Shown in pieces: positions 13,168 to 26,075 of a stretch of 64,000 nt of DNA (position 1 is its first letter; each line of letters begins with the position of its first letter). The notes below the pieces were generated by a model that saw nothing but the letters and a program-made list of their open reading frames with translations, did not search any database and was not told the origin of the DNA. Origin of the DNA: Eledone cirrhosa. Lineage: Eukaryota. Location: assembly GCA_964016885.1 (NCBI GenBank), contig OZ024745.1, forward strand, positions 132,556,001 through 132,620,000, read 5' to 3'. A program made the translations under genes and the position numbers.

Positions 13168-14429
13168 ATATGGACAAACAATTCGGAAATGCAAGCCCCG
13201 TGAAATCATGGAGCGAGTGGGAAATGTCAGCGTACTAGTAGAAACTAGTACAAACTCAGTTTCTCTAATTCGAGGCACTTATACTCTCCTTCGTAACGGT
13301 TCTACCTCTGATCGTAAGGTGAATGTTTCTGTATTTCTTATATAATCTATATATGTCATATATATTTAATATATTGTTAATATTAATTTAACGTATCATG
13401 CACTTCCAACTGTTTTTTTGCATGTACGAAATCGAGAGCTTTTTGGCTCTACTTTCAAACTGTTTTAAACTTAACCGCCTAAATAAAACTATATTGCTTA
13501 GGTAGCATACTCTGAAATCGTTCCACTCTGAAGGTTTTCGAAGGGAGGTTAAAGGTACTCATGTGTATAAGTGTATATGTGTTTGAGAGAAATTTATAGT
13601 CCTGTGGTTAAATTCCGATAAACTAAATAGCCTTCCGAAGGCATCACGTTTTAACATTTATATATACACTTAAATAGATAGCTATCGTAAGGTGCCATCT
13701 AGCATGTCCGCAGTTTCTGAAATATCTCATAAATCTATTTTGTTGTTTGTATTATACGTATTGTTGTCTACACTGGCGATGTTTCTGATTAGGATAATGA
13801 GGAAAAACACATGTTAATGATGATGTCTATATATCTATGAAGCTAATGAAAATTTTAACAACAATGACAACGACGATGCCGCTCAAGATAATTATGAACA
13901 CAACGGCTGCCATAGTGATTCTAATGATGAAATATGGATGCCAGCGATGATAATACAGCTACTGTTGCTGCTCACAATGATGATATTATTTGCAACTTTT
14001 AGAACGATAACAATAATTAGAGCGACAATGAAGACAGGGATTATAACAATAATATAAACGATAACATAACGGGAACTGGTGTATGTGTCGGATGTATTTC
14101 TCTAAGCCCATTAAAGGAGATTTATGCATCCTGTATCATTCTCATAAAACCTTTCCTACAATACCAAAAGTTTATTAAATAATAAAAATCAGAAATGCAA
14201 TGTATTAGCATAAAAAAGGATATTATTGAAATAATAATGATGAAGTCTTTGTATGGTATCAGACGTTTCATTAGATATACAGGCACCTGGGATTCCGGTG
14301 ATGAGGACATTAAACATACTTACACTCACAGACACACAGACACATACATACACTCATACACATGCAGAGACACACATATATACTCACACATATATTGATA
14401 TATAAACGCATGCTTGTAGATAACAATTG

Positions 14430-16080
<1,651 letters not shown>

Positions 16081-16457
16081 ACTTATCTTTAAAGATATGT
16101 CTGTCATCTTATTCCTCAGTATGGACATATTAAAGCTGCATTAATATCTTCCTATCATTTTTATTAATATCTTTATGAATGGATTCCGAATCTAAACATA
16201 TAAAAAATTATATTATATTCTCCAACCATTCAATTTGTAAAGCTACAAATATAAACATCTTTTGTCAACTCATTTTATTCTTTCTCATTTTTCCACAGTT
16301 TAAAGCGATTTCAATGCTTGACACAATAAACCTTGTCAATTCATTTCTCAATTTTATTTTAATTCCTAAAACAAAAAAAAGAATAAAGAAAATTTTGAGA
16401 TAAAATAAATTCAATAAACAAATAAATATTAAAAGATTTACAACAAATAAATATAGC

Positions 16458-16581
<124 letters not shown>

Positions 16582-19500
16582 TATTATTGTTGTAAGTAAC
16601 AAACAGTTCTGTTAGTATTCTCATTTTCTTTGTTCGCTCAAATAGATATTGAAAATGTTTCATCAACTAAGTATATGGAAACTATTAAATATATCGAGCA
16701 ACCTTTCCTTATAGTGACAGAATAAACTAATAAAATTCTTACTGATTATTCTTTTTCTACTATTTTATTTCTGCGGATATGTCTAGTATTTTCTTTTTAT
16801 TTGCTAATGATTCAATATTCTTTGCAAAAGACGTTCTGGCTCTCGGGAAGCAATATAGAGAATAGAACTGTATTGGATCTGCAGCAATATTGACTATTTT
16901 CGACTGTTGTAAAAGACCTCAAATGCAGGTTATACATTAGCAAAACAAAGCTAAACTGCGAAGTTAAAAGAAAATATTTCCAGAAAGGTCGTAGTGGCTA
17001 TACAATGTTGGCAATTTTATCAAAGAAACATAACTCCTGTATCATATTCTGTATCATATTTAGTATGGGCGGAGAAAGAAAATGTGAAATAAAGATTTGA
17101 GGAGGATCAGAGAAAGACAAGAAAAGTAAGAGAAATGTAGTTTTGTTATGCGAAGTCTCTGTTGAAACGAATTAGAATATTGAACTTATTTAAGTTAACA
17201 TTCAGGAAATGACGTAAACTAGCACTCGTCTGTATCGGCAACAATGAAACAAAAGGTTTAGTTAGATGTTAATTGAATTCAGTTGCCCTTCTACGAAAAT
17301 TAAGAGAATACGAAATATTTATTTAGCTCGCTGAACATCCGAATGCTTGTATTTAGAGGAGAACAACTAGACGCGACTAACAGGTATTTTGTTCCTAGTA
17401 AATCATGCCCCTGATTAACTGAAGAATAATGGATATCTCGACATACAATCTCATACTTTATCAATTATCCATTATGTTCTCCTGTGCTTCTTTGGTCTTT
17501 AACCCCCAAGTCAACTGCATTCTAGCTGACATACAATTAAAAGCAATCCTGCTATCAATGATGGGCAGCCGTTGATCCATCTTAAATTGTTTCGCGCATA
17601 TCTTTGATTTTCCTTATGACTGTTTTTCTTAAGGCACAATTTAAACTCCGCAATTATTTGGAACACAAGACGGTGCGGGGTCATGATTAGCTTGCAACAA
17701 TCATGCCTTGAATTATACATAATTAAAGATCGGCTACTCTTGATAGCTTTGTGTCTCCTAAGGGATATGAAATGTACCTACAAGGCTTTAAAACTAATTC
17801 AGTATCTGTTGCAGACGACTTCTACCTAGGATAGAATATCTTTCGTGGAAAACATATCTAACAATAAGAAAATCTTATCATTTACTTAATCAGAAACACT
17901 GCAATGTAAAATACAGTAAGACCTCGTCACACTGAACTACGCTAGATATTAGATAATTCGGATAGGATTTGAGTTGTTGGGTGGTTGATTAGCGGTTCAC
18001 AGGCTATAATAATTATCATGAGATATTGAACACATTCAATCATAAAATCATGGATAATTACAGGAAACTAATTCGTTATCCTCACTCATGAAATGCTAGA
18101 TGCATTATGATATATGAATTTACTGGTCAGCTGATTGGATAATAATAAAGCGACATATATAAGCACTAGAGTATCATTAGAGTACCATGTCTTATTTACT
18201 TTTACTCCAGACCATAATAACTACTTATTATTTATGTAGATCTCCGTATTGCCCGCTAAGTAAATAACCACATAATTCAGCTAATATGCTAATTAATTCA
18301 TCCCTCCTCTCTCGTGAACGTTGTATTTTAGTCATATTTCCTTCTTATTTGTTTTCCCACTCCACTTTAATAAACACAACATTTTCCTGGTTATCATGAA
18401 TACATATAAAATTGCGAAATATTTATTTGCTGAATTTTCTTTATACAATTCCTTAAGTAGCTTAGCTTTAAATCTAACAATATATGCTCATTAACAAACA
18501 TGAAGTCAGGTCGATATAACCTACAATTTGTATGATTATTTTAAGCAATGCTTATGCCAGAATATTGGTGTAAGCACAGGAGTACAGACTCTGGCAATAA
18601 TCATCTTACATTTTCGGTTTACCTGCAATTTTCACTATAATTTTAGGAATTAGGAACCTTCCAGTATTATATATTTCATTAAAACTTTACGGGAGAATAA
18701 GTCTAAAAGAAAAAGCAGATTACGCTATGCTTTTGTAAGAAAGTGAGATTTACAAGCAATTTCGAAGCTGGTTCATCAGAGAATTGTGATTAGTCTCATG
18801 GCAAAGAGCAAACAGTTCGGTACATACGTTGACATAATTTTAATGCCAAGTCTAAATTGTCTTCTGTTGGCGCAAAAAAAGGTATGAGAGATGCAATAAG
18901 GAAACACCTGAAGAGTTGTTAATCCTTCGGCAAACCCCTGGTAACTATCTCCATATATTAAAACTCAACGTGCTCTTGGTAAGTTAACTAGATACAATGT
19001 AATCAAGAATATAAAATCTTGTGACATGTAGTTGTGATGATTTAGAAACAGTATTGGAAAAATGTGATACATAATAAAATTAGCAGCGCAACGAATGAGG
19101 ATTTGGAACTATTCAAGAATTTGTAAATGACTTAATATAATAAAAAATGGTTTCTAATTTCCCTACTGTATATTGGAGATGACATTGTGTTTCATTGGAG
19201 TCCTATAACTCGGAATATTCAAAGTGTAACACGAAATGAAATCTTCACACCTGGTCTGATGTTAAATAAGCAACATTTGTTCGGCGTTGTGTCACATTAA
19301 CGTAAACGGTACGCCTCTAAACGATGATGACGATGAACAGCACGTCCTAGAGATTGGAAATATCTATATGTATATTTATATGTAAATGGGCCTCCAACAG
19401 GATCGATGCTGAGAGTTTCGTGTGAATAACCAAAGAAAAGCCCAACTATTATATAAATGTACAGGTGTCGGATTAGTTCTGAGTTACGTGTAAACGTAAC

Positions 19501-19692
19501 GTAATTCCTGCTCATGATGAATATATATCTATAAATGTATGTATGTTCTCTTAATTTCGAGTATATTTTTTTGGCCGGCCACCTTCCTGGTGGCAAGGAT
19601 GTAAAAGAAAAAAAATTGTCATCCCTTGAATCGCAAGAATGTTTTGTAAATTTTGAAGGTGCCAGCTATCGGAGCCATTTGTAGACTATGAA

Positions 19693-20175
19693 TTAGGAAG
19701 CTCGCTCTTTCCCCGCAATTCCAAGTTCAGTCATACTTTGGTCCAAGCGGGTTGGTATATAACCCGTAGCTCCAATAATGATGGGTATGAAGCTAAAGGT
19801 GTATCTTGGATACTGGATTTGTAAACTCCTCATCAATGGTCCGTAGATGTCCCCCTTCTGCTGTATTTTTCTGACAAAGTTTACATCAAGCGGGCAGCTG
19901 ATCTCCACAACAGAACACATTTTCAAAGTGTGGTCCCAAACAACAGTATTAGGCCGGTTGGGCTTTAATTTGGTGGCAGTTTTTATTTTCAGGTTATACC
20001 AGTACTCCTTAGTGCCATCTGTCTCAATATATTCTTCCTCGTTTGTTGTTAATTTTGTTTTCCGAAGCGCGTTCCAGATGGTTCTAGCTATCCCATCGTG
20101 TCTCATGGGGAGGTAGTAGCGAGATGACATTCTTTCGCAGCTGGCAACAATGTGGCTTACATCCTCGATCTTTGT
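19693..20175 (-). mobile_element. R4/Dong-like non-LTR retrotransposon RLE fragment
   Basis: Translation EDVSHIVASC..RYYLPMRHDGIA...NRPNTVVWD..CSVVEISCP..IPIIIGATG has the CCHC remnant, RHD and PD-(D/E) motifs. Confidence 0.85.
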
Positions 20176-20209
20176 TTTACATGTATGTATGTATGTATGT
20201 ATGTATGCA

Positions 20210-20827
20210 TGTCACCAGTTGGTGCTACTGGTAACATGTATCCCAGTACAACCTGTCTCATGGTCGGGTCGTTGGCGACTAAACTGGCAACCCCACCAAG
20301 GTTTCTTGGTGAGGAGGGTGGCTTTGGACATCCTGCAGGACTAAAAACAAAACCTGTCAAAAGGCAAAGGGGCTCTTAAGAGTCAATAGCCATCCAAAAT
20401 CACCGGGAGAGATGACCCCTTAGCCTTTGTCAAGGCAGAATTCTAGGAGAAGGAAAACTCTGATATAACACCTGCAACCCTGATGGTATCCAATGACTTG
20501 TTCTTCTTTTTGGTAAATATCATCTTGGTTAAGAGAGTGGGACTGGCTTTGTGCAGTGCCTTTGCTCACTATAAAAGCTTCACAGCACAGGCATTGCTTT
20601 ATATCTGGAGATCTCTCTGCACTTGTCGTCACATGGTACCAGCACTGTGTGTCAATAATTGTCACAAGTGTAGTGTTTGTACCAGAGAAGTTTTCAAGTC
20701 GCTGGCTGGACTAAAAAATCACCCGTTCAGCGCATCGGTAGGGGTTCTCCTACATGGATATAAAGTAGTGGCCGTACTCGAAAACGAGTTGGCAGCCACC
20801 ATGTATGCATGTATGTATGTATGTATG
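20210..20827 (+). mobile_element. Non-autonomous bipartite RTE-derived element (5'UTR joined to 3' end) in an (ATGT)n tract
   Basis: The 5' part resembles an RTE 5'UTR (ggcgactaaactggcaacccc). The 3' part encodes the RTE-type C-terminal CxxC..F.S..GL..H (CSVCTREVFKSLAGLKNH), then the hairpin actcgaaaacgagt and a (catg/tatg)n tail. (ATGT)n lies on both sides. Confidence 0.65.
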
Positions 20828-20947
20828 AATGAAGAGACCACACATCATGGGAGTACTCAATGAATGGAGATATGCAGAGTGGGTGTAGATATTATTATAA
20901 TCCCGACGGCTTGACGTCGCGGTCTGGATTATACACACCACCACACT

Positions 20948-21060
<113 letters not shown>

Positions 21061-22093
21061 TGTGTGTATGTGTGTATATAAATGAAATGATATGAACTAA
21101 TATTCTATCAACATTTTCATAGAAACATATTTTATTAAGACCTTTCAATGTCATATTTTATAATCATTATATATGAACAACATATGAAAGATATTACTGT
21201 TTAATATTTTATGATTAGAAACACTTAAATTGAAAAATATGTTTTATTTTAATATTCAGAATGATAAGAAATTTAGAAATAATGCAAATTCTTATTTTAA
21301 TGTTATTCGTTTTATTCACGTTTTCTCATTCGTGTTCTCGCCAAACGTATAATATTTTACACACTGGTGTGTAATCAACAAAACTTGTATTGCATCATTT
21401 ATTCAAACTCATGAGAAAACAGATTCACATATGATAGTATTATGTACATTAGAGATTTACCTAGGTTCAAGTTACTATATGGATCCATCGGATCTCATAT
21501 CTAAATGGATTTCCTTATCCAGTATTCGTTTTGTTGTAAAATTTGGCTCTAATTCTCCGACTATGCCTGAATGAAACATGTTAAAACACAGAAAGTAAAA
21601 TTGATGAATAATATAACTTAGTTTGCATGATTTCCCGATATCAAAGTATTTTGGACACTTCAGATAAATGTCAAGAGAACATTAGCTGATCTGGTTTATC
21701 TTAATGATTTGCATCAAAATAAAATACAACGTCCAGTGAGAAATGTCGGGTCTGTGTAGTTGCGTTATAGTAATCTTGATAAATGAGAATGACACAGATA
21801 ATTCACATCGGAGAAAGGCATGAGAATCGAGTTAAATATATTCTCTAGGGAATAGTTAAAACATTCTATATAAAATAATTGGCAATATTCGGGTTTCGAT
21901 TCTTACGTCGACAATCATATAAACAGCTATAGGACATATTTTCCTCCGCCATTAAATCAGATTCTTGTATGGATGGCTTCCATATCAAATATTTTTCTTG
22001 AAGATCGATCCTAAAATCTGATGATACTGGAATCAAAGTGTCTCTCTGGTGATTATATTTTAAAAACTGTAAACCCATATAAACTACTCTACT

Positions 22094-22236
<143 letters not shown>

Positions 22237-22259
22237 ATAGATATGCCAATAAGTCTAAT

Positions 22260-22680
22260 TAGTTTCAGGAGATCTTCCGTGATGATATCCAGCCATCTTG
22301 TGCGGGGCCTTGTTGAATGATATGGTGGAAATCAGAAGACATGTCCGTACCAGCGCATGCGGCGGATATCTTTTAGGTGGTAAGCCGCTCTGAGACCCAT
22401 TGTCCATACCGGTGAGCCACTGGATCATGTTATCTCCATCCACATTCAACATCCGGGTGAGTCAGCGCCGACATTTAAGTATCTCCAGCGTCCCTGATGG
22501 AATGCAGGGTTGCTTGGGAAGAAGTATTAAGTTACCAGGACGTGGCACGAAGACGCTTTATTTAAAGTTCTCCCAGTTGTCAGTCTCGTCCTTGGCCAAA
22601 CCACTGAAGCACTTGGTGATAGAGCATACAAATATCGAGGTGATGTTAGAATCGCAGAGACAAGAAGATGAGGTTGAGGC
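22260..22680 (-). mobile_element. RTE-clade LINE 3' coding fragment
   Basis: Minus-strand pieces IRRMRWYGHVF and RPRTRWLDIITEDLLKL are typical RTE C-terminal motifs. Confidence 0.75.
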
Positions 22681-22754
22681 TGGTACTTGGTACCATATAT
22701 ATATAATAATATTAAAGAAGATTAGTCCAGCCCTGTTTTACAAAACATAGACAC

Positions 22755-23390
22755 TAAAGATAGATTGAAAATAATTTACAAAACTAAGGGAAAGGAGCTA
22801 AATGTAATCATAGAGGAACTGAAGCAATGCATTGTAGCAAAAAGCGCAATGATTAGGCGGTATGAGAACAGAGTTAGTCAGTATAGACAGAACCGCATGT
22901 TTGACAACAACCAGAAGATGTTGTTTGGACAGCTTGAAGAGAAAGAATGAGGCAACGACGTGATCCCCGTGGCGGAACAGACTGAGACATTCTGGAGAGG
23001 AATATGGGAGCAGGATGTTGAACATAATAGTCAGGCAGTGTGGATTGAGACAGTTCAAAAGGAGATTAGTGAACAAGCACACCAACAAACTGATTTGATT
23101 ATCACAGCGGAAACTCTTAAAAGTAGGCCAACAGATTAACCAACTGGAAATCACCAGGCCCTCTTGGTGTGCAAGGGTATTGGATAAAAAATATAACATC
23201 CATCCACCCAAAACTGACAGCCATGTTCAATGACTGCTTGGTGTCGAGTGCAGTACAAGAGTGGTTGACAAAAGATACCAGATTTCTGGTAATGAAAGAC
23301 CGAATCAAGGGTAATAAGGTGACCAACTATAGGCCTATCACATGCCTGTCCGTAATGTGGAAACTGTTAACAAGCATTGTAAATTAAATT
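22755..23390 (+). mobile_element. R4/Dong-like reverse transcriptase N-terminal fragment
   Basis: Translation EELKQCIVAKSAMIRRYENRVSQYRQNRMF...FWRGIW...NWKSPGP.GVQGYWIK...NYRPITCLSVMWKLLTSI. Confidence 0.9.
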
Positions 23391-23970
23391 AATAACAATT
23401 ATTATAACATTGTAGTATATTTTTGTATATTTTTGTACAGACTTTCACTGAATAGTCTAATATATAAATCTATCTAAGTCAGCAAAGAATATCTGTTTCA
23501 TTATCTATCTTTCTGTATTTATTTATTTATTGATATCTCAATGTATTCTATTATGATATAAATAAGATTAATACAAGTGTCTTATGATCAGAGATTTGTA
23601 CTGTTGGAAAGCTTATAAAGAATAATTAATTTTATACTTGATTTTTTACGAAGTTCTCAATCTACTTTTCCATTTTTGTATTTTTGATATATTTTTATAC
23701 AGTTAACGCATAATTGACTAACTACTGTCCTTTTTCTTATCAGTATGCACACTAAAAATCTCATGTAAATTTAATAATATATCTTGTCAATGTATGAACG
23801 CACAGAAGTACTACATTTTGATATATGTCTCTAACACCGTTTCTGCATTCATGTTGATTTTTGAATGTGCTTGTAATTTGTAATGTATACGTGATATGAT
23901 ATGAACTTCATCTATGGTATACATTTATATTTTGTGCGTATTACACTTGAAACTTATAACAATATATAAA

Positions 23971-24186
23971 TTACTGAAGATAGGTAGAGTGACGACCAGA
24001 TACCTTGTATATATGAAGGTATGGACCACCGCCATACATTGAAACATATGTAGAACTATAATTATGTTTTAAGTATATCTTGGTTATTCTCTCTACATTT
24101 ATATATATGTGAGTTCCGGGTCGTCAAGTGTGTTCTGTTAGTATTTCCGGCAATATTATTACAACAATATGACCCGCCCCAAGTAT

Positions 24187-24190
<4 letters not shown>
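23971..24190 (+). mobile_element. Penelope-like pLTR remnant with degenerate hammerhead
   Basis: CTGAAGA (23974-80), then a long stem II with hairpin ataccttg/aaggtat, then GAAA-catatg-TA (24041-52). The 3' end ggcaatattattacaacaatatgaccc matches the PLE end at 56892-56923. Confidence 0.55.
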
Positions 24191-24235
<45 letters not shown>

Positions 24236-24239
24236 TATA

Positions 24240-24490
24240 TCGATTGATAGTCGATCGACAAGATCCCAGCCCTACTTCACTTAACGAGTAGGGTAGAGCT
24301 CGTCAGATCAGACCGAGGAAACAATGTTTCCACTGGTCTTTCCAATTGCTAATACTATCTGTCGGTCGCACCTCCATTCAGAAAGAGTAGCATGAAATAA
24401 AATGTCTTGCTCAAGGACATAACGCATCACTGAGTCTGTGAATCGAAATCACAACCTCACGATTGCGAACACAATTCTCTAACCTCTCAG
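24240..24490 (-). mobile_element. tRNA-derived CORE/V-type SINE (diverged)
   Basis: Minus strand has a B-box-like gatttcgattca followed by gtccttgagcaagacattt, typical of SINE heads leading into a CORE domain. Confidence 0.55.
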
Positions 24491-24803
24491 CATAATAATG
24501 CATAATTATGGTTTTAAACAAATTGTCAGCCATTACAAATATATGTATTCATATATCATTGTTGTTCTCTCCAGCATTTTAGATATTCATTTTTGCTCTG
24601 CTTATAACAATTTCGCTACACATATTTCTTTCCATTTACTCGCTTGGGTTGCTTGTCTTGCAATCTATACGCATCGAGCACACTAACCTCCTCTCTACTG
24701 GCTTGTAACCTGCGTAACTAATCACCTATTTCTCCTTTTCGAATGGTTTGCTTGATTTTACACCCCCCTCCCCCACACACACACATATATATATATTAAC
24801 GTT

Positions 24804-24890
<87 letters not shown>

Positions 24891-24931
24891 GTAAATATAT
24901 ATATGTATGTATTTATATATGTATATATATG

Positions 24932-24994
<63 letters not shown>

Positions 24995-25035
24995 GTAAAT
25001 ATATATATGTATGTATTTATATATGTATATATATG

Positions 25036-25105
<70 letters not shown>

Positions 25106-25135
25106 TAAATCTGTATGTATATATATATGTAGATA

Positions 25136-25188
<53 letters not shown>

Positions 25189-25201
25189 GTATATATATAT
25201 A

Positions 25202-25634
25202 TATATATTGGTAAACGGAATAGAAAATGCTGACAAATTGTTCACAGTTGAAAAATGGTTTAATTAGGAATAAAAGAGTTTTAGTGATTGTATGGGTTAG
25301 TATTCAGTTGTGGTTTTAAGTTTTTAAGTTTTTACCGGTTGCGCATTTCTAAATGCTTTTCAAAAATAATTTTGAGATAGAGTGTCCGTGCTGTTTGCTC
25401 TGATCAGAGCAAACAGCACGGACACTCTATCTCAAAATTATTTTTGAAAAGCATTTAGAAATGCGCAACCGGTAAAAACTTAAAAACTTAAAACCACAAC
25501 TGAATACTAACCCATACAATCACTAAAACTCTTTTATTCCTAATTAAACCATTTTTCAACTGTGAACAATTTGTCAGCATTTTCTATTCCGTTTACCAAT
25601 ATATAATGACTTGTGTGTTACACCTCTATGCTTT

Positions 25635-25637
<3 letters not shown>
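25202..25637. repeat. 404-bp spacer-less perfect palindrome plus 32-bp tail inside (TA)n
   Basis: Centre TGATCA at 25401-25406. Position x pairs with 50807-x from 25202 to 25605, with no mismatch seen by eye. Confidence 0.95.
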
Positions 25638-25696
<59 letters not shown>

Positions 25697-25698
25697 TT

Positions 25699-26020
25699 AT
25701 AGTATAAAAAAACGAAAAAATTAGTGATGCATTTGGACTTAGTTTATTGTTTCGCTCGCAGGTAGCTCGAGACATGATCACTGTATCGATCTGGCTGATT
25801 CTACGGCTGCAGGTTCCTTCGGACACATGCAATTCGTTCGGAGCAAATTTTTAGTAAGAACATTTGCTCCGAACGAATTCCGTGTGTCCGAAGGAACCTG
25901 CAGCCGTTCAGATGCATCACTGATTTTTCGTTTTTTTATACTATTCACACTCTTCTCTGTATGAATATTGAGTGCTAATTTTGGCATACCGCCTATGGAA
26001 GCACCATTATACACACGTTT
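25699..26020. repeat. Fold-back insert with one-sided internal bulge and ~75-bp tail
   Basis: Outer arms 25699-25734 / 25909-25944 and inner arms 25803-25848 / 25862-25907. About 70 bp is present only in the left arm. Confidence 0.9.
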
Positions 26021-26031
26021 ATATATATATC

Positions 26032-26075
<44 letters not shown>

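Noticed and set aside
16850-19130. Faint LINE/Tc1-like motif traces (also 1130-1750, 28000-29700, 33500-34000, 57900-58320)
   Set aside because: Too decayed to classify or delimit without a profile search.
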